From Myxococcales bacterium (lineage in GTDB: Bacteria > Myxococcota_A > UBA9160 > SMWR01): DNA of 64,000 nt. The stretch covers positions 5,532-69,531 of the forward strand of contig JABSQW010000044.1 in the NCBI GenBank assembly GCA_013215605.1, in the 5' to 3' direction. The first letter of the stretch is position 1; each line of letters opens with the position of its first letter. Of the stretch, positions 45,161 to 54,681 are shown one piece after another. Under the pieces are notes generated by a model, which worked only from the letters and a program-made list of their open reading frames with translations, was not told the DNA's origin and made no database searches. Made by a program: the position numbers and the translations under genes.

Positions 45161-46719
45161 GCGACTCGTTCTACATCACCTCGCCGATCTACTACGTGAA
45201 CGCAGAGCCCCACATCGGCCACACGTACACGACCGTCGTGATCGACACTCTCGCGCGCTACCACAGACTCGCCGGCGAGGACACCTTCTTCCTCACCGGC
45301 ACCGACGAGCACGGCGAGAAGATCGCCGAAGTCGCCGCTGACCGCGGCGTTCCCCCGCGCCAGGTCGCCGACGAGATCTCGGGGGCGTTTCGATCGGCCT
45401 GGGAGCAGCTGGGCTTCTCGTACGACCGTTTCATCCGCACCACCGAGGACGAGCACATCCGTACCGTGCAGGCGTTCCTGCAGAAGGTCTACGACGCGGG
45501 CGAGATCTACTTCACCGAGTACGAGGGGCTCTACTGCGTCGGATGCGAGCGCTTCCTCACGGACCGCGACCTCGTCGACGGACTCTGCGCCGATCACGAG
45601 CGTCCGCCCGAGGCGCGCGTCGAGTCGAACTATTTCTTCCGGATGACCGCTCATTTCGAGTGGCTCGCCGACTACATCGAGAATCATCCCGACTTCATCC
45701 GACCCGAGCGCTACAGGAATGAAACCCTCGCGATGCTGCGCGAGGAGAGCGGACTCGGCGATCTATGCATCTCCCGGCCGAAGAATCGCCTCGAGTGGGG
45801 CATCGAGCTTCCGTTCGACGACAAGTATGTCTGCTACGTCTGGTTCGACGCGCTGATCAACTACCTGACCGGCATTGGCTACCCTGACGATCCCGGCTTC
45901 GAGCCGCGCTGGGCCGTGGCCGAGCACGTGATTGGAAAAGACATCCTGAAGCCCCACGGCGTGTACTGGCCCACGATGCTGCGGGCCGCCGGCCTGCCAC
46001 CCGCCCGCCACCTCAACGTACACGGGCACTGGAACGTCGACGACCGCAAGGTGTCGAAGAGCCTCGGCAACATGATTTCGCCCCTCGTGATGAAGGAGAA
46101 GTACGGCTTCGATGCGTTCCGCTACTTCCTCCTGCGCGACATGGTGTTCGGCCTCGACGCCAACTTCAGCGAGGCCGCTCTCATCAGCCGCATCAACGCG
46201 GACCTCGCGAACAACCTCGGCAACCTCGCGAGCCGCACGCTCAACATGACGGAACGCTTCGCGGACGGCGCGGTTCCCTCGCCTGGCGAAGCGGGTGAGC
46301 CGGAGCTCGTGGTGCAGCGCGCGCTGCCCGTCGCGGCGGAGCGCGTCGACGCCCACCTGCGCAAGTTCGAGTTCCACCGCGCGCTCGAGGCCGTGATGGA
46401 GCTCGTCGACACCGTGAATCGCTACCTCGAGATCCGCGCACCGTGGAAGGCCGCAAAGGACCCCGAGCTCGCGGATCAGGTCGCGACGGCGCTCTACACG
46501 AGCTGCGAAGCCCTGCGCGCCGTGGCGCTGCTGATGGCACCATTCCTGCCGGAGACGGCTCCCGTGATCCTCGAGCGCCTCGGCCTTCCCGACGCGCTCA
46601 GCGGGACGCGCCTTCCGGACGATGCCGCGCGTTTTGGCGCGCTGCAGCCCGGAACGCCCACGACGAAGGGAGCCCCGCTCTTCCCGCGCATCGAAGTTCC
46701 CGACGGAGACGCCGACTAG
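45157..46719 (+). CDS. metG: methionine--tRNA ligase
   Basis: [25 protein letters not shown] (HIGH), zinc knuckle CVGCERF...C, and KVSKSLGN (KMSKS). ATG 45157. Confidence 0.96.
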   Translation: [520 protein letters not shown]

Positions 46720-47513
46720 TGTGGCTCGACAGCCACTGCCACGTCAGCGCGGACGAATTCGCCGAGGATCGCGCGGAGGTTCTGGAACGCGCGACGCAGT
46801 CCGGGGTCGAGGCCTTCGTGGCGATCGGCTCGGGCTACGGCGTCGCTCAGAACGAACGCGCCGTGAAGCTCGCCGCGGAGGACCCGCGGGTCTTCGCCGC
46901 GGTCGGCGTGCATCCCCACGAGGCGAGCGAGCTCGACGACGACGCCCGCACGCTGCTCGAGCGACTGCTCGGAGCACCGCGCGTCGTCGCCGTAGGCGAG
47001 TGCGGGCTCGACTACCACTACATGAACTCCGACCGAGACGTGCAGCGCAGCGTGTTCGCCGAACAGGTCGGATGGGCGGTGGCGCGAGACCTGCCGGTCA
47101 CCGTCCACGTCCGCGGCGACGAGCCGAATGCCTTTGATGAACTGCTCGACATCTGGAACGCGGAGTCACACGGGCGCCTCGAAGGCGTGCTCCACTGCTA
47201 CACCGGCACGCTCGAGTTCGCGAAGAAGGCGATCGCCGCGGGCTTCTTCGTCTCGTTCTCGGGCATCCTTACCTTCAAGCGCGACCGCGGACTGCGCGAC
47301 GTCGCGGCCGCCCTCCCGCTCGACCGCCTGATGGTCGAGACGGACGCACCGCTGCTTTCGCCCGAGGGACACCGGGGACGCCGCAACGAGCCCGCACACG
47401 TCACGGAGGTGGGAAAGGTGCTCGCCGCGACGCAGGGCGTCCCCCTCGAGGACGTGGCGCGCATCACCACCGCGAACGCCCGCCGACTGTTCCGCCTGCC
47501 GGAGGCCGCGTGA
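46719..47513 (+). CDS. tatD: TatD family metal-dependent hydrolase
   Basis: VWLDSHCHV...GECGLDYH...VHVRGD...HCYTG...ETDAPLLSP, the TatD signature set. GTG 46719 overlaps the last base of the metG TAG. Confidence 0.9.
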   Translation: MWLDSHCHVSADEFAEDRAEVLERATQSGVEAFVAIGSGYGVAQNERAVKLAAEDPRVFAAVGVHPHEASELDDDARTLLERLLGAPRVVAVGECGLDYHYMNSDRDVQRSVFAEQVGWAVARDLPVTVHVRGDEPNAFDELLDIWNAESHGRLEGVLHCYTGTLEFAKKAIAAGFFVSFSGILTFKRDRGLRDVAAALPLDRLMVETDAPLLSPEGHRGRRNEPAHVTEVGKVLAATQGVPLEDVARITTANARRLFRLPEAA

Positions 47514-48301
47514 CGGGCGAAGACGACACGGTTCTCGAACTCGCGGTGCGCCTCGCGCGAGCGGCGGGGGCCATCCAGCGCGAGCGCTACGAGACGAATT
47601 TCGAAGTGCGCACGAAGAGCGCCGCCATCGACCTCGTCACCGAGGTCGACCATGCGTGCGAGGCGCTGATCGTCGAGACCCTCAATGAGGAGCGACCCGA
47701 CGACGCCATCGTCGCCGAAGAGGGCGGCGGCGAAGACTGGGAGAATGCCTCGTGGCGTTGGGTGATCGACCCCCTCGACGGCACCACCAACTACGCCCAC
47801 GGCTACCCGCGCTTCTGTGTCTCGATCGGCGTCGAGCGCGACGGCGATGGCGCGGTGGGCGTGGTCTTCGACCCGATGCTCGACGAACTCTACACCGCAG
47901 TTCGCGGACGCGGCGCCGCCCTGAATGGCCGCCGCCTCCGCGTCTCAGAAGAGACCGAGCTCAACCGGGCACTCGTCGCCACCGGCTTCGCCTACGACGT
48001 GCAGCGCAGTCGGGAGGACAACCTCAACCACTTCGCGAGCTTCATCAAGACCGTTCGAGCGGTACGCCGCGACGGCAGCGCCGCGCTCGACCTCTGCTAC
48101 GTCGCGGCCGGACGCCTCGACGGCTTCTGGGAGCTGAAGCTCCACCCCTGGGACGTCGCCGCCGGCAACCTCATCGTGGCCGAAGCGGGAGGCCGCGTCT
48201 CCGACCTCTCCGGCGGCCCCGCTCTCCGCTCGGGCCAGCAGACCGTCGCGAGCAATGGCCACCTCCACGCCTCCATCCTCAACCTCCTCGCCCGCCCCTG
48301 A
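47510..48301 (+). CDS. suhB: inositol monophosphatase family protein (SuhB-like)
   Basis: WVIDPLDGTTNYAHG and WDVAAG motifs. The GTG start overlaps the tatD stop (GTGA). Confidence 0.9.
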   Translation: MTGEDDTVLELAVRLARAAGAIQRERYETNFEVRTKSAAIDLVTEVDHACEALIVETLNEERPDDAIVAEEGGGEDWENASWRWVIDPLDGTTNYAHGYPRFCVSIGVERDGDGAVGVVFDPMLDELYTAVRGRGAALNGRRLRVSEETELNRALVATGFAYDVQRSREDNLNHFASFIKTVRAVRRDGSAALDLCYVAAGRLDGFWELKLHPWDVAAGNLIVAEAGGRVSDLSGGPALRSGQQTVASNGHLHASILNLLARP

Positions 48302-48321
48302 CCCCACGCAGCTTGGGGGTC

Positions 48322-49740
48322 TCAGGGGAGTTCGGGGTCGGCGAGGAATCGATTGTGGAGCGCTTCGAGGCTCACGGGAATCTCCGCGGCGAGTTCGAGA
48401 TCGATTTCGAAGATTCGGGTGTTCCCGGCGCTCTGGGCGACGATGCCGTCGCTGCCCTTGAACGCACCGATGAAAACCTCGGCGAGCAGCACCTCGGTTT
48501 CCTCCCCGTCTTCAGCGGCGTCCGCGTCGGCCTTGCCGAAGACTCGGTAGGTGACTTTCGGCGGCGCGAGGTCGAGTTCCGCCCGCTCGCCCTCCCCCAT
48601 GCTTTCCGCGAGGATGCCAACGGCGCGCAGGTTCGACAGCCGCATTCCGAGCGTGCGCAGCTTCTCGGGGTCGATCGTCTCCGGCTCCGAACTCCAGGAT
48701 CCGTCGGTCTTCGTCGCGGTGATTGCCAGCGTCTCGCCATCCTGGAAGAGGATCTCCATCCGCTGGGCATCCCAGGAATCGAACTCCGCGAGCGTGCGGA
48801 AGCGAAACTCGAAGAGGGTCTGCGGGAGCTCGAGCATCTGCTCCGACGGGATCTGGAAGAGTGTCGGCAGCCCGGCGCGCACGAGGCGTTTTCCCCGTTC
48901 GGTGCGACGGCCGATCGAGAGCTCGAGGTCGACGACGGGATCACTGCCGCGTCCGACGAGGCGCGCGTGGAATGCGGGCGGTGTCAGACCGGCGAACTCT
49001 GCGTCGGTGGGCTGGTCGATGAAATGCTCCGCGCGCAGGAACGAGAGCGTCGAAAGCAGGCCGTCGACGGTCTCCTGATCGGCGGCCTCGCGGCGCGGTT
49101 CGACGAGGGCCCACGCGCCGTCGCTACGCTCGGCGACCACGCGATCTTCTCCGAGATCCACCTCGATGCGATCGATCGCGCTGGTGTCGAAGTCTGCGAT
49201 GCGCTTCCGGCGGAGGTCGTGGAGCAACTTCTGGAACGAGTTGACGCTGAAGCTCTTGACGAGGTGCACCGTATCGTCGCCGACGACGGACACGTAGGTG
49301 TTGCCGCCCACCGGCGAGCTCTTCCCGATGCGCACCGTGTACTCGGTGTGGGCGTCGCCTCGAGTGACGCGAAACGTCAGCGCCCCCCCATCGCGGTCGA
49401 AGCCGTACACCGACGGCGCCTGCGGATCACCGAGCTCGCGCTCGCTCGAGAGCCCGGACAGCGCCGCGGCGATCGCGTCCACCGCGAACTCATCGGCGGG
49501 AAAGACGAGGGGCTGTGCGAGGTGCCACCCGTCGCCGTCGCGCACTAGGTGCACGAGCTTCGCGTCGCTGGTGGTGAGGTCGATCTCGGTGATCGCGTCG
49601 GCGTCGACCCCGTCGAACAGGCGCTTCGCATCGACTTCGGCCTGGTCGCGGGCGTCCTGCCCTTCGATCTCGTAGAAGTAGATGAAAGCCGCAATGGCGG
49701 CGGCAATGAGAAACAGGATCCCCGTGGTGCGCGGGTTCAC
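48322..49740 (-). CDS. DUF4340-like membrane-anchored protein (accessory to GldG-type ABC system)
   Basis: N-terminal TM anchor MNPRTTGILFLIAAAIAAFIYFY and repeated beta-rich modules. Its position directly after a GldG-like gene is the usual context of DUF4340. The family call is from memory of this context. Confidence 0.55.
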   Translation of the reverse strand: MNPRTTGILFLIAAAIAAFIYFYEIEGQDARDQAEVDAKRLFDGVDADAITEIDLTTSDAKLVHLVRDGDGWHLAQPLVFPADEFAVDAIAAALSGLSSERELGDPQAPSVYGFDRDGGALTFRVTRGDAHTEYTVRIGKSSPVGGNTYVSVVGDDTVHLVKSFSVNSFQKLLHDLRRKRIADFDTSAIDRIEVDLGEDRVVAERSDGAWALVEPRREAADQETVDGLLSTLSFLRAEHFIDQPTDAEFAGLTPPAFHARLVGRGSDPVVDLELSIGRRTERGKRLVRAGLPTLFQIPSEQMLELPQTLFEFRFRTLAEFDSWDAQRMEILFQDGETLAITATKTDGSWSSEPETIDPEKLRTLGMRLSNLRAVGILAESMGEGERAELDLAPPKVTYRVFGKADADAAEDGEETEVLLAEVFIGAFKGSDGIVAQSAGNTRIFEIDLELAAEIPVSLEALHNRFLADPELP

Positions 49741-49747
49741 GACGGGC

Positions 49748-51361
49748 CTAGGATCCGATGTCGCGCCGGCGAGACCACCAAGTAAACACCCCCATCACCG
49801 CGATGGTCTCGGGCAGCACGAACAGCGAGAGCGACCGGATGCGCTGAAATTCGTCGTTCGACAGCTGGAAGCGCGACGCTCGCGCCCGGTTGGGCCGAAT
49901 CGAGATCGCCTCGACGTCGCCGAGGAGCCAGTTCACCGTGTTTACGAACAGGTCTCGATTGCGATACGACTCGATGAACTCGTTGGCCGCGAAGTCGGCG
50001 TCACCGAACACCGCCACCCGGGCCTCCCCGACTTCGGCTTCGGCTTCGGGATCGTCCGCGTCCGGGCCGCCGTCGACCGGCACCGCGCGCGGCAGCGTGC
50101 CAGCCACGGCGATGGAAACCGGCCCCGGGAGGTCTTCGGGACCGAGCTCCGCCGTACCCTCGCCGAAGAAGCGCTCGAGGTCGCGCTCCGCCCAGGAACT
50201 CTCGCCCGTGTAGGCGATCTCGGTAAGGCGCTCGGCCGCTTCGCTGCCGACCCGGGTGCTGCGGACAACGTGGAAGAGCGTCGTCTCGCGGAGCTCACGC
50301 GTGATCGGGTGGTCGGGCGCGTAGTGGCTCGCGAAGGGTGTCGTCGCGCGGCCGAACAATGCGAGGTTGCGGTCGACGACGATGTCGTCGCCGAGATCGA
50401 CTCCCCAGCCCTGCACCACGTCGACGAGGTTGGTGTTCGCGCGTGGGTCGATGAGCGCGAGTACCGCGCCGCCGCGCGCGAGGTAGCGATCGATCGCGCC
50501 GCGCTCGACGTCGAGCAGCGGACGGGTCGCGCCCGGTAGGATCACGACGTCGGCGTCGGCGGGGACATCGGCCTTCGAGGCGAGCAGGAGCGACTCGACC
50601 TCGTAGTTCTCGTTCCGAAGGGAGTCGGCTGCGCGCGCGTAGCCCTCCTTCGCCGTTCCGCCCTCCCCGTCGAACGGCCGCTCATTGTGACCGACGACGA
50701 AGTAGACGCGCTTCACGTTCGTACGCGATAGCTTCACCATCGCGTTGGTGACGTTCTGCTCCGTGACTTCGGTGACCTCGACGGACTCATTGCCGATCGC
50801 TACGCGCACGAGCCCGGGGTTGAGCTTCTCGGGCCCGATCGCGTAACGCTCGAGCAGGTCCGGCCGCTCGTTGGGGTCGGCGAACTCGAGCTTGAAGCGA
50901 TCGCTCACGTAGGCGTAGCGCTCGAGCAACTCGCGAACGGGCGGGGCGTCGATGGGTCCGTAGAACGCCGCGACGTCGATGTCATTCTCGAGGCCTTCGA
51001 GCAGCTTGATCGACTGGTCCGAGAGCGAGTGGATCTTCTGATCGGAGAAGTCGAAGCGCACCGAGTGACGCTTCGCCATGTAGCCGCCAAAACCGACGAT
51101 CGCGATCGAGAGCAGCGTCGAGAGAACGGCGCTCGAGCCGTACCTCCCCGCGCGCTTCGCCTCTCCGGAGCTCATGCGCTCCCGCAGCGACTCGAAATTG
51201 AGCACAACGCCGACACCGAGCAACATCACGCCGAGAACGAGATTGCCGGCGATCCACAGGAGATCCGTGGGCGCGCCGAAGAGGAACATGAGGAAGCTCA
51301 GCAGGCCGAACGCGAGGCCCACCGTCCCGAGACCGACGAGCAGTGCGGAGTAGGAGGTCAT
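49748..51361 (-). CDS. GldG-like ABC-transporter auxiliary protein (ABC_transp_aux)
   Basis: 537 aa from ATG 51361 (ATGA overlap with the permease stop). N- and C-terminal TM anchors flank a large periplasmic domain (...DVVILPGATRPL......VAVFGDADFAANEF...). The 807-aa ORF in the track is over-extended. Confidence 0.65.
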   Translation of the reverse strand: MTSYSALLVGLGTVGLAFGLLSFLMFLFGAPTDLLWIAGNLVLGVMLLGVGVVLNFESLRERMSSGEAKRAGRYGSSAVLSTLLSIAIVGFGGYMAKRHSVRFDFSDQKIHSLSDQSIKLLEGLENDIDVAAFYGPIDAPPVRELLERYAYVSDRFKLEFADPNERPDLLERYAIGPEKLNPGLVRVAIGNESVEVTEVTEQNVTNAMVKLSRTNVKRVYFVVGHNERPFDGEGGTAKEGYARAADSLRNENYEVESLLLASKADVPADADVVILPGATRPLLDVERGAIDRYLARGGAVLALIDPRANTNLVDVVQGWGVDLGDDIVVDRNLALFGRATTPFASHYAPDHPITRELRETTLFHVVRSTRVGSEAAERLTEIAYTGESSWAERDLERFFGEGTAELGPEDLPGPVSIAVAGTLPRAVPVDGGPDADDPEAEAEVGEARVAVFGDADFAANEFIESYRNRDLFVNTVNWLLGDVEAISIRPNRARASRFQLSNDEFQRIRSLSLFVLPETIAVMGVFTWWSRRRDIGS

Positions 51362-52143
51362 CGCCACCTCGACGATTCGACCGACGCCTTCGTGAGCAGG
51401 GCGAAGGTCACGATCATCACGGCGAAGTACGCGAGGTCGCCGGTCTCGACGAGGCCGTGCATCAGCTGCTCGAAGTGAGCATTCGCCGAGAGGTAGCGAA
51501 AGAACTCGCCGATCCACGGCGCACCGGTGGCGACTCCGAGGTCGGCCACCGCCGGAAGAAGCAGCACCACCAGCAGCATGACGAGGGAGATCAGGAACGC
51601 GATGATCTGGCTGCGCGTGACCGACGAGGCGAACGCGCCAATCGCCACGTACACCCAGCCCACGAGCAGCAATCCGAGGAGCCCCGTGAGCGTCCGCCCC
51701 AACTCGGGATCGCCGTAGAAGAACAGCAGCCCGGGAAAGAGCCCGACGATGCCCACGAGGATCGCCACGAAGAGGCCACCGCCGAGCAGCTTGCCGAGCA
51801 CGATGTCCCAGGCGGTGAGCGGACTCGTCAGCAGGAGTTCGTCCGTGCCGTTGCTCTTCTCCGACGCGAAGAGCCCCATGGTGATACCGGGAATGAGAAA
51901 GAGCAGCACCACGGACATCGACCCGTAGAACTCTCCGATCAGCTGATCGTTGAGGTTCATCCGCGCGAGCTGGTCGAACGCCTGGAACTGCTGCATGCGG
52001 ATCAACATGTCGTTGAACCACGCCACGTTCAGAATGAAGAACGTGCCGGCCAACACGGAGAACAGACTGAGCACTCCGTAGGCGACCGGTGAGACGAACA
52101 GGGAACGCAGCTCGCGCCCGGCGATGTTCGCGACGTGCTTCAC
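51358..52143 (-). CDS. ABC-2 type transporter permease
   Basis: 261 aa with six hydrophobic segments and an N-terminal ...IAGRELRSLFVSPVAYGVL..., typical of ABC-2/GldF-like permeases. Overlaps the ATPase stop by 4 nt. Confidence 0.8.
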   Translation of the reverse strand: MKHVANIAGRELRSLFVSPVAYGVLSLFSVLAGTFFILNVAWFNDMLIRMQQFQAFDQLARMNLNDQLIGEFYGSMSVVLLFLIPGITMGLFASEKSNGTDELLLTSPLTAWDIVLGKLLGGGLFVAILVGIVGLFPGLLFFYGDPELGRTLTGLLGLLLVGWVYVAIGAFASSVTRSQIIAFLISLVMLLVVLLLPAVADLGVATGAPWIGEFFRYLSANAHFEQLMHGLVETGDLAYFAVMIVTFALLTKASVESSRWR

Positions 52144-52919
52144 GGCGTCGCCTCCCGCGCTCCGCCGTCACTGGCTTCGCGCTTGGCCACGGCGTCGCTC
52201 GCGGTCTCGCGAACGAACAGCTCCTCGAGGCTCTGCCCGTTGCGCGTGAGATCCTCGATGGGCGCGTCGACTACCTTGCGTCCCTGGTTGATGAGAATCA
52301 CGCGCCGACAGATCGCCTCGACCTCGGCCAGGATGTGGGTCGAGAGGATGACCGTCTGCTGCGTGTCGCCCTTGCCCGGCGCCGCGAGGTCGCGGATGAG
52401 CGAGCGGATCTCGTGGATCTGCAGGGGGTCGAGTCCCACGGTGGGCTCGTCGAGAATGAGCACGGGCGGCTCGTGGACGATCGCCTGGGCGAGACCGACG
52501 CGCTGGCGGAACCCCTTCGACAGGGTCCCGATCACGCGGCGCCGAACCGACGTGAGGCCGCAGCGCTCCACAGCGCGGTCGATATGCTCGCGGCGCGCGC
52601 GCCGCGGAATGTCCTTGATGCGGGCGATGAACGCGAGATACGACGAGACCGTCATCTCGGGGTACAGGGGCGGCGTCTCGGGCAGGTAGCCGATGCGCCG
52701 ACGCGCCTCGAGCGGGTTCTCGAAGATGTCGTAGTCGGCGATGGTGGCGGTGCCGTTGGTTGGTGGAATGAACCCGGTGAGCATGCGCATCGTGGTGGTC
52801 TTGCCCGCGGCGTTCGGCCCGAGAAAGCCCACGACCTCGCCCTTCTGCACCGAGAAGTCGACACCGTCCACCGCAACGGTATCTCCGTAACGTTTGGTGA
52901 GCTCTCGCGCCTCGATCAT
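52140..52919 (-). CDS. ABC transporter ATP-binding protein
   Basis: Walker A GPNAAGKTTT, ABC signature LSKGFRQR, Walker B VLILDEPTVGLD. Confidence 0.93.
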   Translation of the reverse strand: MIEARELTKRYGDTVAVDGVDFSVQKGEVVGFLGPNAAGKTTTMRMLTGFIPPTNGTATIADYDIFENPLEARRRIGYLPETPPLYPEMTVSSYLAFIARIKDIPRRARREHIDRAVERCGLTSVRRRVIGTLSKGFRQRVGLAQAIVHEPPVLILDEPTVGLDPLQIHEIRSLIRDLAAPGKGDTQQTVILSTHILAEVEAICRRVILINQGRKVVDAPIEDLTRNGQSLEELFVRETASDAVAKREASDGGAREATP

Positions 52920-53188
52920 TCCGCCTCCACTCGATCGCGTCCCGATCCGTCCGACCCCGGCGCATGCGGCCCTCGCCCAGATCGGGAGCGGGCCCGCGGT
53001 GAACGCTCCCGGGGGTCCTGCAGCCGCGACACGGAGCGTCGACGCCGAAGCGCGTCAGGTGGGCGAATTCTATGGATCGCGATCCGTTCGTCAAGACGTG
53101 ATTCCGCGCATTTACAGCCCTTTTCGCCGCGTGGGCGTTCCTCCACGTTGTCCCGTCGTTCGCCCAGCGGGCCTTTCGAGGTACCTTT

Positions 53189-53485
53189 TTGGAGATGTCC
53201 GCCACACGCAGAAGCACCGCGTCGTCGGCCAGCCGGCTCGCCGCGCTGATCGCGGGACTCGTATGGGCCAGTGCCGCGTCGGCTGCCCTGCCGGGTCCGG
53301 CCCTTTTCGCCCAACCGACCGCGAAGCGCCCAATCGGATCGGCCGCACAGTGGGCGGGTCGCTACTGCACGCCGCAGGGATGCAGCGGAGCGTCGCAGGC
53401 TCCGCTCTCGAACGCGGCGGGCTTCGGTACCGCAGTTCTCTGCGCCGCGCTGCTCGCGCGCCGCGGCACCGCGACGAAGCGCTGA
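53189..53485 (+). CDS. possible 98-aa secreted mini-protein with MYXO-CTERM-like C-terminal sorting tail (speculative)
   Basis: N-terminal signal-like RRSTASSASRLAALIAGLVWASAASA. The C-terminus is GCSG...AAGFGTAVLCAALLARRGTATKR (Cys motif, hydrophobic helix, basic tail). GGAG lies upstream of the two ATGs. It overlaps the ATG-53380 reading of the GT gene in another frame. Confidence 0.3.
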   Translation: MEMSATRRSTASSASRLAALIAGLVWASAASAALPGPALFAQPTAKRPIGSAAQWAGRYCTPQGCSGASQAPLSNAAGFGTAVLCAALLARRGTATKR

Positions 53486-54681
53486 CCCACCCCTCGCAGC
53501 CGCTGCGGGTCGGACTCGTCATCGAGCGCTTCCGGCGCGACGGCGGCGGCGCAGAGTCCGTCACCTGGCGAACCGCGCACGCTCTCCGCGACGGCGGTGA
53601 CGAGGTCTCCGTGCTCGCGCGCGAGAGCGACGACGCGCCGGGGATCGCGCTCCATCGTCTCCGCGCCCCGCGGACCTGGCAGCCACTACGCGTACTGCGC
53701 TTTTCGCGGGCCGCGACGGATTGCGCGCGGCGGCTTTCGCTCGACGTCGTCTACTCGCTCGCGCGCACCGCGGAGCAGGACGTCTACCGCGCCGGCGCCG
53801 GTTCCCACGCCGACTACCTCGAGGCGCGGCACCCGGGCTTGTCGGGCGCACTGCGGCGGGTCTCGCCCCGCCACGCCGCGCTACTCGCTCTCGAGCGGCG
53901 CGTCTTTCGCGACCCCGACCAGTTCGTGATCTGCAACTCCCACGCGGTGCGCCGACAGATCGTCGCGCGGTACGCGGTACCCGAAGAGCGGATCGCCGTG
54001 CTCTACAACGGCGTCGACCTCGAGACCTTCCAGCCGCGCCCCGAGGAGCGCAGCCGGGTGCGCGACGAGGTCGACCCCTCCGGCCCGGCCGACGCACCCG
54101 TCTGGTTGTTTGCCGCGAACGACTACGCGCGCAAGGGCCTCGACACGGCGCTCGATGCCCTCGCGCGTGCGCAACACGGGCGAAGCCGTCTCTGGGTGGC
54201 GGGTGGACACGGCGACCCACCCCTCGATTCCGCGTGGCGACGGCGCGCTCTCGAACTCGGGATCGGCGAACGCGTCCGCTTCCTGGGTCCGCGCCGCGAT
54301 CTCGGGCGCGTGTTCGCCGCCGCGGACGGGTTGATCCTGCCGACCCGCTACGACGCGTTTGCGAACGTCTGCCTCGAGGCGGCGTCGAGCGGTCTGCCCG
54401 TGCTCACCAGCACGGCCAACGGAGCGGCGGAGCTCTTCCAGGGAATCGGGCCGGCGCCCCTCCCGGCGACCGACGCGTCGGCGTTCGCCGCGCAGCTCGA
54501 CGCACTCGCATCGGCCGACGCACGCCGAGCGATCGGCGCGCAGATGCGATCGATGGCCGAACGCCACGGCTGGGCACGACACGTTGCCGAGCTCCGCGCT
54601 CTCCTGCGGCGCCGCGTATCCGAGCGCCGGTCCGCAGCCACGTTCTCGGTGAGACGTCCTGCTTTCCGGCCTGGCCTCTAG
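53380..54681 (+). CDS. glycosyltransferase family 4 (GT-B, GT1 superfamily)
   Basis: LRVGLVIERFRRDGGGAE... is a typical GT4 N-terminus, with C-terminal ...LLPTRYDAFANVCLEAASSGLPVLTS (E-x7-E region). The start is unresolved: ATG 53380 adds 41 atypical residues, while the family-typical N-terminus would begin at CTG 53503. ORF-track 52894 is rejected. Confidence 0.85.
   Translation: MQRSVAGSALERGGLRYRSSLRRAARAPRHRDEALTHPSQPLRVGLVIERFRRDGGGAESVTWRTAHALRDGGDEVSVLARESDDAPGIALHRLRAPRTWQPLRVLRFSRAATDCARRLSLDVVYSLARTAEQDVYRAGAGSHADYLEARHPGLSGALRRVSPRHAALLALERRVFRDPDQFVICNSHAVRRQIVARYAVPEERIAVLYNGVDLETFQPRPEERSRVRDEVDPSGPADAPVWLFAANDYARKGLDTALDALARAQHGRSRLWVAGGHGDPPLDSAWRRRALELGIGERVRFLGPRRDLGRVFAAADGLILPTRYDAFANVCLEAASSGLPVLTSTANGAAELFQGIGPAPLPATDASAFAAQLDALASADARRAIGAQMRSMAERHGWARHVAELRALLRRRVSERRSAATFSVRRPAFRPGL

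Noticed and set aside
52894-53379. N-terminal 160-aa extension of the glycosyltransferase ORF (track start 52894)
   Set aside because: The extension would overlap the ABC ATPase start and the divergent promoter region. It is Arg/Pro-rich with no GT similarity. GT4 homology starts at ...LRVGLVIERF near 53503.
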